Shown piece after piece: positions 25,291 to 38,056 of a stretch of DNA of 64,000 bases. A program made the position numbers and the translations under genes. The notes under the pieces are model-generated. The model was not told the origin of the DNA. It saw nothing but the letters and a program-made list of their open reading frames with translations, and did no database searches. The stretch's first letter is position 1, and the number at the start of each line of letters is the position of its first letter. This stretch comes from Mytilus edulis (Eukaryota), in contig NC_092354.1 in the NCBI RefSeq assembly GCF_963676685.1, forward strand, positions 83,762,001 through 83,826,000, in the 5' to 3' direction.

Positions 25291-26688
25291 ACCTTTCATA
25301 TACTCCGTCACATACTGATATCACTATTGATAAGTTATTGACTTTGATTCATATATCTGCTTCTTTTTCTTCAGTAAAAAAAACATATACTTTGCTAGCA
25401 TATTTGTAGATATCTCTACCATTTCTGATGTATTTATTATTTCTTTTATACATTTTAGAATACTATAATAAGTGTAAGTATATGTGTGTTGAATGGTTCT
25501 TACATGTGCTTCTATGTGCTTTAAGTTATGAGCTGGCATCTGTTAATAATTATGCAAATGAGCAATGGATTCAAACTTTAAACCTACATATTACTCTCAT
25601 TTAAATAATCAAAAATATAAAATATCTTGCTCTCTTTACTTTTAAAAAATAATTAAATATCCAGGAATCAATGAACGAAATATAAAAAAAAAAGGGAAAA
25701 GGGAATCAGTTCTCTTTTTTCAGACAGCTTTCTAAATATGCACTTATATATTTATTTTTCATGTGGATATTTAACCACGGGCTGAAATGTTTAATGTCTT
25801 AATTGATAAATTATTTCGGAGGAAAAGTTATAGTATAAGGTTGAATCCAAGTTGTATTTATTGGCTACAGCCATTTTATTTTATTTGCTTTAGGCTTGAC
25901 ATGCTTACTTTTGTAACTGTTGAAACATGTTTGCAATTGCTTGTGTTCATTTATATGAAAGTGCATGCTACTTTATGCTAAATTGTTTTTTTTTGTGCTG
26001 CTTTGTTCAATTGGTTTGGTATTGCAGTACATTATGTACAAGAAATTTGCATCCTCGTTTTAAATAACCAACATACATAAAAAGGAAAACATTTTAAAGT
26101 ATCAAAATATGTGTCCATGTTATGGTTATGAGACCAAGGTCTTTCTTTGGACAATTGTGAAAAATAATACCCTAGGAATAACAAGAACAATTATATAACA
26201 TTCAAATTAAGACTTTGATAATAGCCATAGAATTACTAGGCTGACTAAAATCCTGACTAAAATATACATGTTTGCAATCTTACAATTAAGGGGAGAAAAT
26301 ATTTTGGATTATCTCTCTTTGATTGTTGAAATTTAACTTGAATGGGTATACATTTGTTAGTTTTTTCTCTCCAGTAACCCCTTTCTTTGGAAACAGGTAA
26401 TCCAAAATTTGTTTTTATTTATACAAAAAAAATCAGAAAACATATCACAATATGACAATCATGATTGTTGTAACTCTTGCTTTTTTTTTTATTTATTTCA
26501 ATTCTTATGATGTTTGCGCAATGTTTTATAAAGATTTATTTATGCATGAAGATAGATTTATATACCAACTTGTTTATTCATATATAATATTACAGTTTTG
26601 TATTTTCATAGACAGTTGTATGAGTCAAAGTGTGATAAAAGGAATGAAAATTATAAATGGAATGTTTATGCTATATCTAGCTACTTAA

Positions 26689-29600
26689 ATGAGTAAGGAT
26701 TCTTTAAAAATTTTCTCATACAACTGTCAAGGTTTAAATTCTAGAGAGAAGCGGAGAGATGTATTCGAATACTTAAAATCAAAGCTCTGTCATATTTACT
26801 GTCTGCAAGACACACACTTTACTGAAAAAGATGAATCATTTATAAGAAACCAATGGGGAGGAGAATGCATTTTTAATTCTTTTGCTTCAAATCAAAGAGG
26901 AGTTGCCATTTTATTTGCAAATAATCTTGATTTTAAAATAAATAAGATAATCATGATAAAGAAAGATGATAATGGAAATTTTCTTGGTGTAGATATTTCA
27001 ATTCAAGGTAAAAATATAACACTTGTTAATTTATATGGACCAAATAATGACTCATCATCTTTTTATAATAAAGTTAATGAAATAATAGAAAACTTTAATT
27101 ACCAACAAGTTATTCTGACAGGGGATTTTAACTTAGTTCAAAATCAGGCATTAGATACATACAACTATCTTAATATAAATAATCCAAGAGCAAGAGAAAA
27201 AAATCTTTGAACTTATTGAAACTTATGATCTAATTGATCCCTTTCGAGAATACTACCCAGACAAGAAACGATTTACATGGAGAAAAACTCATCCTCTGAA
27301 GCAAGCTAGGCTTGATTTTTTTCTTATATCTCGAAGTTTCTATCAAAATGTAAAAGAAGTAGAAATTCAACACAGCTATAGATCTGACCATTCACCAATA
27401 GTTCTACACTTTCAAATAAGTGATTTCAATATTGGGAAGGGTTTGTGGAAATTTAACAATAGTTTATTGTACGATATGGAATATGTTAAATCTGTTAAAG
27501 AAAAAATAAAACAAGTAAAAGATCAATATGCAACTTTAGTATACAATAGAGACTTACTGGACCAGATTGATTGCTTAGATATTCAATTTACAATAAATGA
27601 TCAGCTGTTCTTAGAAACATTAATGACAGAAATTAGGGGTAAAACAATTTCCTTTGCATCATATAAAAAGAAAGAAAAAAATAAATTGGAAAATGCTTTA
27701 ATACATGAAATTCAAAAATTAGAAGAAAATATACAAACCACAGAAGTTCTTGAAGATCTCAACCAAAAGAAATCTGAATTACAAATTTTAAGACAAGAAA
27801 AAATGCGTGGTCACTATGTTCGCTCAAAAATGCAATGGGTAGAAGAAGGAGAAAGATCCTCAAAATATTTTCTCAACTTAGAAACTAAGAACTTTGTTAA
27901 TAAAACAATTCCAAAACTAGTCAATAATGAAGGCTGTTTAATAAACAAACAAGAACATATTTTATTGGAAGCTAAAAACTTCTATAAAAATTTATATTCA
28001 AAGAAAGATATAATAAATAGTGTTGATCTCAATAAGGAAATTCCATTTTTAGACGTTCCCATGTTAACAAATGAAATAAGGGATACCCTTGAGGGAAAAA
28101 TCTCCTATTCAGAATTAACATCTGCTATTAAAAGAATGAAAAGTAACAAAAGCCCAGGAGCTGATGGATACACCAGTGAGTTTTTTAAATTCTTTTGGAT
28201 AGATTTAGGTAAATTTGTTCTTAGATCAATCAACTATGGGTATAATATGGGTGAAATGTCAGTATCCCAAAAAAGAGGGATAATTATTTGTATACCAAAG
28301 GGAGATAAGCCAAGACAATATATGAAAAACTGGCGACCAATAAGTCTTTTAAACACAATATATAAACTAGGGTCTAGCTGTATCGCAGAGCGTTTGAAGT
28401 CTATTTTATCACTTCTCATAAATAATGATCAAACAGGGTTCATTCCTGGTAGATATATTGGTGAAAATACTAGACTAGTTTATGATATTTTATTGTATAC
28501 AGAAGAACATGATATACCTGGTATTCCCCTCCTTATTGATTTTGAAAAGGCGTTTGATTCAATTTCTTGGAGTTTTATTGAAAGTGTATTAGACTTTTTT
28601 TAATTTTGGGCCTTCTATTAAACATTGGATCACTACTTTTTATACTAACATTCAATCTGCAGTAACTCAAAATTGCCATCTCTCAGATTTTTTTGAGATT
28701 CAGAGGGGCTGCCGACAAGGGGATCCCCTATCACCTTATATATTTTTACTATGTGCAGAAATACTGGGTATACTTATACGAAATAATGACAAGGTTAAAG
28801 GAATCACTATAGATGACTCAGAATATCTCATATCACAATATGCAGATGATACCTCTCTTATACTTGATGGATCACCTGAATCTTTGGATGCATCTCTCCG
28901 TACTCTAGATAAATATGCAGATTTATCAGGTCTCAATATAAACTTAGACAAGACCAAGGTTGTTTGGATTGGGAAGAAAAGGTTTAGCCAAGAAACTATG
29001 TGTGTCAAATGGGGAATGGAATGGGGTTCCAGCATTTTACACTTCTTGGGATAAATTTCTCAGTGGATATTAGTGAAATTGAAAATTTAAACTATAACCC
29101 CAGGTTAAAAGAAATTGAAAACATTATAAAAACTTGGACTAATCAAATACTCTCACCAATTGGAAAAATTACAGTGATAAAAACACTTATAATATCAAAA
29201 TTAAACCATCTATTCCTATCCATACCTAGTCCAAATAGCACAAAGCTGAAACATTTTACTGAAAAAATATTTTCCTTTATTTGGGATAAAAAACCAGATA
29301 AAGTCAATAGAGACACCTTATCCAAACCGCACTGTTTAGGAGGACTAAAAATGATAAATATTGAAAACTATATAAAAGGTCTTAAATTAACCTGGATAAG
29401 AAGAATTAATAGAAATAATTCAAAACTAGTAAAACTATTCCTCTTTTCAGAAAATTTTAATTTTTTGGAAATGCAATTTCTTGGTCCTTATAAAAAGTTG
29501 AATAATCTATTTTGGAAAGAAGTATTTGACGCTTGGCAAGATCTACAAAATGTACAAAACAACTGTCAATTTAAAACATGCCCTTTATGGAAGAATGATA

Positions 29601-30482
29601 GAATAAAGATTGGAAACAATCCAGTACTATATAAAGATTGGACAAAAAAAGGGGTTTGGCTGATCAATGACTTGTTACAGGAAGATGGAAATTTTATGAC
29701 TTTTGATCACTTTAATAAGGTAAACAATACTAAAACTAATTTTCTCACATATCAAGGCCTAATTTCGTCAATCAAAAAGTATTTAAAAGAATATCAAATA
29801 TGTCCAAATGACTTAAAGAGAGAAAACGGTCCTGTTTTGCCCTCAGTGTTAAAGTTTTTTTTTTAAATCCCAGAAAGGTTCAAAAGATATGTATAACATT
29901 TTGAATGGTAATAAGTCAAATCCTAAACAAAAATGTGAACAAAAATGGTCATTAATTCTCAATGCAAACTTCAATTGGAAAAATATTCATGTACTGCCCT
30001 TTCATATAACAAAAAATTCAAAACTGCAGTGGTTTCAATACAGAATAATACATCGAATCTTAGGCACAAATGAACTCCTCCTTAAAATAAAAATTAAAGA
30101 TACAAATATTTGCAGTTTTGGGTTTGGAGGGGTCGAAACAATAGAACATATATTCTGGACGTGCCCATATATATCAAAATTATGGGAAGACCTTAAATTC
30201 TGGATATTTGAGAAGACAGAAATAGAACTAACTTTAAATATTGATTTGGTTTTATTTGGTATTTTAACAAAAACAGATAAAAATGATATAAGAAACATAA
30301 TACTTCTGTTAACAAAATTCTACATTTATAGAAGCAAATTAGCTATGGAACAAACCAATATAATAGCACTTAAAAATTATTTGAAGGAAAACTTATTGAT
30401 AGAAAAAAATATATTCTATAAAAATAAATTACTCAGTAGGGCAGAAAACTGCTGGAACCCCTGGACTCCTTTACTATCATAA
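26689..30482 (+). pseudogene. L1/Tx1 ORF2 (AP endonuclease, reverse transcriptase, C-terminal zinc-knuckle region), 4 frameshifts
   Basis: SYNCQGL, CLQDTH, NLYGPN, GDFN and SDH (APE); KSPGADG, NWRPISLLN, DFEKAFDS, GCRQGDPLSP and QYADD (RT); CSF...ETIEHIFWTC. Confidence 0.95.
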
Positions 30483-30944
30483 AAACCAAAAAAAAAAAAC
30501 AAAAAAAAAAACAAATAGACTCCACATATATTGTATATATTTCATATCCAAACAGCCTCTGTCTTAAAATCATTATCTGCAATGTATCAAACTACTTTTT
30601 AGTGTATATAACTATTATGCATACAAATGTGTGTAACCTATTATGTTCATGTGCAAATAAGGAAAAAAGAAATTTAATATAGAAAACAGTATATATATTT
30701 TTCAAAACCTGTGCATTTGTTATACAGATATTTATATTTGAAAATCTCAATAGTAAACTTCGCTCTGTTTTTTTTTTCGTTTTTTTTTCTTTCAAATATT
30801 GAAAATTGAATGTATAATACTAACAAGTACTAACAACTGTATAAATATGATATTTACTAATGTTAACGAGGCCGGGATAAGGTACCGGTACTTGATGTTT
30901 TAAACTAACAAATGTACAGATTTCATTAAAATATGATAAATTTA

Positions 30945-30984
<40 letters not shown>

Positions 30985-32345
30985 TGTAGAAGTTATCTCC
31001 CCGAAAACTGCATCTACTCCGTAACCGTAAAAGAAAGCGACAAATGTATTTTATAAAACTGCTCGTTATATCCTTCACATGATTTGTCCTATTTTGACCG
31101 AAGTGATATGAACACTCCATATGAGAGCTATTTACCCTTATGCATTTGATAAAAGGGATATTCATTTCTATCTTATACACAATTAGTGATAGAGACCAAG
31201 GGTATTCAAATAAGGTCAAGGTCAAAGGTCAAGGTCATACTAAAAATTTTAATTTTGACTTACTTTCACTTGTTTTTAAAAATCAAAGATATCAACAAAT
31301 TCTTTTTACTAGATAAAATTTGGATTTTGGTAGAGAGGTGTGCAGACAATAAATGTGAGTTTTTGCCCATCTTATATTTAGAATTATGCGTTAAGTGATA
31401 TTACTCATTCATAATACATATTAAAGACCAATGGTCTTTGGATTTGAGGTCAATCGTTTATGACCTTGATATTGAGGTCAATGTAAAAAGAAAATGTGGT
31501 ATGATTGCCGTTAGTTTTCTCGTTTGAATTATTTTACATTGTCTTATCAGAGCCTTTTATAGCTGACTATGCGGTATGGACTTGCTCATTGTTGAAGGTC
31601 GTACGGTGATCTATAATTGTTTTAAAATGTCTGTGTGATTTTGGTCTTTTGTGGATAGTGGTCTCATTGGCAATCATATCACATCTTCTTTTTTTTTATA
31701 TTATATGCACTCAAACCACTGATTGTAAAGCCGACTTTGATGTACACAAAGTTTATGATGAATCCGTATAAGCATAATACATTTACACATCGCTAATGAA
31801 AATAAATATATAAACGCCAATGATGGTGATTTCTAATAAATTGGGCATCCAATCACCTCGCTTAAAATGGTTATGGGTGCCCTTATTTAATAATACACAA
31901 CATATGAATTCCAATGAATTTATACATTCACTGATAGTGTTCATCAAGCTTATCTAAAGTCAACTCCACTGATGATGAAGCCTATTCAAATCCCATACCA
32001 ATGATACTGCCTGATTATGAATCCATATAAATACAAAATGAAACAAACATGTAGTAATGAATAAATAAAATAGTCCGACAAAAAAAAATATATCATTTAA
32101 ACTCTTTATGCACTTCTATTTTCAATTGATATTAGAATAGCACACTTATTTTATGACACGTGAATCAAAAAATCTGTTTGATTCAAAGTGAAATAACAAA
32201 ATACTTAACTCCATGCAAAACAAAAAGTCCTTTTTCAAATGGCAAAATCAAAATCTCAAAATTATTTAACACGCCTTGAAAACAACATTTATATTCCTGA
32301 CTTGTTTAATGAATTTCCGAATTAGAAAACGGTAGATTACACCTG

Positions 32346-32421
32346 ACGTTACCAGTGTCTGAGCAGAAAGTGGAGTGACATAACCTTTCATCTCCACTTT
32401 CTGCTCAGACACTGGTAACGT
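32346..32421. repeat. Perfect 30-bp inverted repeat with a 16-nt loop
   Basis: acgttaccagtgtctgagcagaaagtggag (32346-32375) and ctccactttctgctcagacactggtaacgt (32392-32421). Confidence 0.95.
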
Positions 32422-32594
32422 TTACTAAACTTGTCCGTTTATGAATTTAAAAATTATTAAGCAGCTAAGGTTTCAACTCCCTCAGGCAAAGTTGGCTTAA
32501 GATGAATTTGGCTATTTATTTGAGGCATTTTTGACATATAGCTCTGCAAAGGATTCGGGTTTCATACATCTTCGGATTTCAAATGCTTGGCTTT

Positions 32595-32637
32595 GAGCGT
32601 TCCTGATGAAGGTAAATCCAGAAAAGCACTTCGGACG
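32595..32637 (+). ncRNA. Second-family minimal hammerhead-like motif within a ~255-bp repeat (32422-32678)
   Basis: gagCGUUC-CUGAUGA-aggtaaatcca-GAAA-agcact-UC-GGACG: helix I CGUUC/GGACG, weak helix II and near-palindromic helix III. A more decayed homologue lies at ~3420-3625. Confidence 0.6.
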
Positions 32638-33070
32638 AAAGAAATTATTAAATGTGTTGCTTTCATTTTTTTTAAAACTAAGTCTGAGTAGAAGCTGCTA
32701 CTGCTACATGTAGCTCATGAATATCGAAGGAGATGGTTAATGTATATCCCTTGTTATATTGGTGTTAAGATCGTCTCGTTTGTCAAAGAGTCAAATGAGG
32801 ATGCGTAAGCTGTATCTGTTTTTTTTTATTTCTTGTTCTGAACTCCCCCCCCTCCCCACAAAAAAATAACACAACAAAACACCATAAATCAAATAAATAA
32901 AAGAAAAAAGATGAAAAATTAAAGATAAAAAAGTTAGCAACTTGACAATATACCTCTTCATTTATAATTATGATGCATTTATAATGCTAGATATGCTGGA
33001 AAATTTCAGAAATATTCCTGAAGTATGCGAAGGTCCACTGATCGTCCTACTCAAAACTTGTAACAGAGAC

Positions 33071-33533
33071 TTTCCAATGAAAAGATGATCAATTCATAAA
33101 TTGTTGTCAGAACTTATACAACATCAAACCTCTCTCAATTTACTTTGGTTTGTTATTCTTTATATGTCTAAAGTCTTACACAGCATTTCATGAGGTACAA
33201 ATAGCTTATCAATTCATATTTATTACTCAACGTACAGTCATGTAGGAGTTTTCTTTGACTAGTGGTATCATACAGCACTCATCTTTTTTAATAATATCAG
33301 TTTTTAATACTGCATGTACGTATCAGAAGTATATCAGTTAATTTGACACCCACAATGCATACTATTACAGTACACCAATAAAACACATGAGTAATTGGCG
33401 AGCATTACTACAAACTAACACTGTGTAAGACTTTAGACATATAAAGAATAACAAACCAAAGTAAATTGAGAGAGGTTTGATGTTGTATAAGTTCTGACAA
33501 CAATTTATGAATTGATCATCTTTTCATTGGAAA
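33071..33533. repeat. Perfect 113-bp inverted duplication (33071-33183 / 33421-33533)
   Basis: tttccaatgaaaagatgatc...aagtcttacacag is exactly reverse-complemented 237 bp downstream. Confidence 0.93.
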
Positions 33534-34050
33534 CCAAAAAACTATAAAGGTTATATTTAAAAACAAACCTGATAATTCTCACTTAAAATTCATAACCCAC
33601 TACATTTAAATTAAAACAACAATTAAGGTGAAACCTTAAAAAGTTTTTAATAATTAAATTCGAACACCATTGATTGTAAACCAATATAAAGTTGCAAAAG
33701 CCCATTTTTATAGTCACGTACCACTGACGTGTTGGAGTTTTCTTTGACTAGTGGTATTATACAGCACTCATCATTTTTAATAATATCAGTTCTTAATACT
33801 GCATGTACGTATCAGAAGTTTATCAGTTAATTTGACAGGTTTGAATGTTTCTTCCTTTTTTGTAAACATGATAGTTCTGATGTATGTTTGACATCTTACA
33901 AAAAAACATTTTATGTTTACCTTCATTTAGAGTAGAGATGCAAGTATGACTGGTCATTGCATTCAGTGTTATATATTTTTCGTATCTATAATACGACATT
34001 TTCAAAGTTATAACACATGTTTTGATATCAGTTATATGATGATATTACAG

Positions 34051-34149
34051 TGGGGATATACACCATTGGCGAATGCTGCCTACAGTGGACACCTAGAGAT
34101 TGTCAAGTATCTGATAACAGTTGGTTGTAATATGGAAGCCAGGGACAAT
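34051..34149 (+). CDS. Ankyrin-repeat exon (WGYTPLANAAYSGHLEIVKYLITVGCNMEARDN)
   Basis: tattacag acceptor and gtaatg donor; 99 nt, phase 0/0, canonical GxTPL..AA..GHLEIVKYL. Confidence 0.92.
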
Positions 34150-34629
34150 GTAATGTTGCATGTCTACCTCCTTAGTTTGATTATTTTTCGCTTTAACACG
34201 TTGAACCAAACCTAAAGATATTTTTCCAAAACTGTTGGTAAAACAAAAATATTTACAATTCAAGGCAACAGTAGTATATAAACTAGTAGTATACCGCTGT
34301 TCAAAAGTCATATACGAAAACATATTAGGGTTACGACCTTAAACCGAGGGAAACACTTCAACTATAAGAGGAGAACAACGGAACAGCAGAAACACTGAAG
34401 TACAAGAAAAAACAACACCTACAAACATAGAAACGAACTATTTGATAGCATCTGCCATATTCCTGATTTGGTACAGGACATTTTTTGAAAAGTGGTTGGT
34501 TGAACCTGGTTTTATGGCTAACCAAACCTGCCGATCGTATGGCAAAATTGATGACACAGATTTATACAACACTTGCGGTGAAACTAACCTAAATTTATTC
34601 AGCACATTCATTGATGAAGTATTTATAAA

Positions 34630-34930
34630 AAAATAAGATGTGGTTTGATTGCCAATGAGACAACTGTCCACAATAGACCAAAAACGACACAAGGATTAAC
34701 AACTATAGGTCACCGTACAGCCTTTAACTATGAACAAAGCCCATACCGCATTGTCAGCTAAAAAGATCCCCGACAAGAAAATGTTAAACAATTCAAACGA
34801 GAAAACTTACGGCCTTATTTTATAAAAAAAAATGAACAAAAACAAATATGTAACACATAAACAAACGACAATCACTGAATTACAGGCTCCTGACTTGGGA
34901 CAGGCGCATACATAAATTATGTGGCGGGGT
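34630..34930 (+). repeat. Abundant SINE-like interspersed repeat (aagatgtggtatgattgccaatgagacaac...caggctcctgacttgggacagg)
   Basis: Homologous copies at 36420-36718, 42270-42415, 43605-43720, 50125-50400 and 55690-56090 (+), and at 13010-13240, 31510-31695, 38303-38575, 48335-48530 and 53900-54190 (-). Class not determined. Confidence 0.8.
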
Positions 34931-35838
34931 TGACACCCACAATGCATACTATTATAGTACACCAATAAAACACATGAGTAATTGGCGAGCACTACTACAA
35001 ACTAACACTCAAAACATAGTGAAACCAAAAAACTATCACACAGAATTGCTGGTGATGCATTTAAGTTGCATAAAACAATAAAAATTAAGATCTGCAAGGA
35101 TCTCACAACAACAACCTTATGACTGACTAATAGACAAAAATGCATCAAACAATTGGAAACCAACTTGAATTCTCCAGTCACTGAGAAATAATCTTGAAAA
35201 ATTAAACTAGAATGCTGATGGACCCACATATGTACACATTTGATTAGTGAACCTTTAGATTCAAAATTAAGTTCTGATGTTGAAGCTATCTTAAAATTCG
35301 AACACTGCTGGTTCTAAAGGTTATAACGGTAATAAAGGTTATATTTAAAAACAAACCTGATAATTCTCACTTAAAATTCATAACCCACTACATTTAAATT
35401 AAAACAACAATTAAGGTGAAACCTTAAAAAGTTTTTAATAATTAAATTCGAACACCATTGATTGTAAACCAATATAAAGTTGCAAAAGCCCATTTTTATA
35501 GTCACGTACCACTGACGTGTTGGAGTTTTCTTTGACTAGTGGTATTATACAGCACTCATCATTTTTAATAATATCAGTTCTTAATACTGCATGTACGTAT
35601 CAGAAGTTTATCAGTTAATTTGACAGGTTTGAATGTTTCTTCCTTTTTTGTAAACATGATAGTTCTGATGTATGTTTGACATCTTACAAAAACACATTTT
35701 ATGTTTACCTTCATTTAGAGTAGAGATGCAAGTATGACTGGTCATTGCATTCAGTGTTATATATTTTTCGTATCTATAATACGACATTTTCAAAGTTATA
35801 ACACATGTTTTGATATCAGTTATATGATGATATTACAG

Positions 35839-35937
35839 TGGGGATATACACCATTGGCGAATGCTGCCTACAGTGGACACCTAGAGATTGTCAAGTATCT
35901 GATAACAGTTGGTTGTAATATGGAAGCCAGGGACAAT
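35839..35937 (+). CDS. Ankyrin-repeat exon, identical duplicate of 34051-34149
   Basis: Same sequence and splice sites at +1788. Confidence 0.85.
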
Positions 35938-37084
35938 GTAATGTTGCATGTCTACCTCCTTAGTTTGATTATTTTTCGCTTTAACACGTTGAACCAAACC
36001 TAAAGATATTTTTCCAAAACTGTTGGTAAAACAAAAATATTTACAATTCAAGGCAACAGTAGTATATAAACTAGTAGTATACCGCTGTTCAAAAGTCATA
36101 TACGAAAACATATTAGGGTTACGACCTTAAACCGAGGGAAACACTTCAACTATAAGAGGAGAACAACGGAACAGCAGAAACACTGAAGTACAAGAAAAAA
36201 CAACACCTACAAACATAGAAACGAACTATTTGATAGCATCTGCCATATTCCTGATTTGGTACAGGACATTTTTTGAAAAGTGGTTGGTTGAACCTGGTTT
36301 TATGGCTAACCAAACCTGCCGATCGTATGGCAAAATTGATGACACAGATTTATACAACACTTGCGGTGAAACTAACCTAAATTTATTCAGCACATTCATT
36401 GATGAAGTATTTATAAAAAAATAAGATGTGGTTTGATTGCCAATGAGACAACTGTCCACAATAGACCAAAAACGACACAAGGATTAACAACTATAGGTCA
36501 CCGTACAGCCTTTAACTATGAACAAAGCCCATACCGCATTGTCAGCTAAAAAGATCCCCGACAAGAAAATGTTAAACAATTCAAACGAGAAAACTTACGG
36601 CCTTATTTTATAAAAAAAATGAACAAAAACAAATATGTAACACATAAACAAACGACAATCACTGAATTACAGGCTCCTGACTTGGGACAGGCGCATACAT
36701 AAATTATGTGGCGGGGTTGACACCCACAATGCATACTATTACAGTACACCAATTAAACACATGAGTAATTGGCGAGCACTACTACAAACTAACACTCAAA
36801 ACATAGTGAAACCAAAAAACTATCACACAGAATTGCTGGTGATGCATTTAAGTTGCATAAAACAATAAAAATTAAGATGCTAATTTTCTGCAGTACCTCT
36901 TAGTTTTTGTTTGGGTTCGTGCACATTAGTCTATTAGTATTCGAGGTTCTATTGTGTGTACTATTGTTTGTCTGCTTGTCATTTCTTTTTTCAGTCATTG
37001 CGTTGTCAGTTTTTTTTCACTTCTGAGTTTGAATGTCCCCCTGGTATCGTTCGCTTCTCTTTTACAAACGGATGTCAAGTTGGT

Positions 37085-37440
37085 TCAACATTCTACATTC
37101 AACATTCAAATTTATCTTTTTTTTAAATTTTGGTAGCATTTTTTAATTAAACAATTTTTTCAATCATTTTTTTATTACACTTCTTTTCCATTATTTTTTT
37201 TTCAACATTCGTTATCAACATTCAACATTCAACATTCTTTTTTAACATTCGTTTTCAATATTCGATTTTCAACATTGGCTTTTCAAATTTCAGCATTCGA
37301 TTTTTAACATTCAACACTCGTTTTCAACTTTTCAACATTCAACATCCGTTCAACGTTCGATTTTAAACATTCAAAATTCAATTTTCAACTTTCAATGTTC
37401 GATTTTCAACATTTAACATTTAATTTCAATTTTCAACATA
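37085..37440. repeat. Degenerate (ttcaaca)n low-complexity array
   Basis: Repeated ttcaaca and ttttcaac units. Confidence 0.85.
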
Positions 37441-38056
37441 CATTTATACATTATAACTTACAAAGAGAGTTGTCTTATTGGCACTCATACCACATCTTCT
37501 TATTTATAATGACAAAATATATTAATGGGTTGATGAATAAATACGGATCCACGCCAAAAGTATATTAGCACAAATGGATTAAACAGTCAAGGTTAAAAAT
37601 ATACAAACACAAGAAAACATGTAATTAAGACAATAAACAACGCCAGTTCCGATAATCTATACTTCACGACTATCATTTATTACTTCTGAAGTTGAAACAT
37701 AATTGTATCCAAAAAAGTCTTGGTATTTTCGGATGAACGCTTCTAGGCGTTCTATGACATGCTGCTCAGACACTGGTGACGTTATATAAAGTCTGAGTTG
37801 CAGCATCACGCTCTTGGATATCGATTGAGTTTTTAAATATAGGTTAAGTTGGTATATTCCTGATTAAGGAGGGAAAGATTTAAGATTTCAAAATTACTTC
37901 AACAATACCTGGTCAATAAGACACCCTGCATACTGATCGCTTCTTCTTCCGTGTAGCATGTTTTATCTTTTTGTTCACTTTAAACAAAACATGTCACATT
38001 GTATCCCAAAGCATATTATAAATAGTGTATGCTACCATTTTTATATTAAAAAGCAA

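Larger units (their letters stand above)
24236..30980 (+). mobile_element. Near full-length L1/Tx1-clade non-LTR retrotransposon, intronic, sense orientation
   Basis: ORF1, a long spacer, ORF2 (APE-RT-zinc knuckle), a ~470-bp 3' UTR and a ~31-nt poly(A) tail at 30950-30980. The 5' boundary is approximate. Confidence 0.92.
33544..36878. repeat. Recent direct duplication of ~1.55 kb (33544-35091 and 35332-36878, offset 1788 bp) containing one ankyrin exon
   Basis: Duplicated ORF-track entries offset by 1788; only about four differences were seen by eye. Confidence 0.95.

Noticed and set aside
28234-30298. Minus-strand ORFs within the LINE
   Set aside because: They are antisense shadows of ORF2 with no independent motifs.
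33946-34215. 89-aa ORF (and duplicate 35734-36003) as a standalone gene
   Set aside because: Only the 99-nt core between AG and GT is ankyrin-like; the rest is intron read-through.
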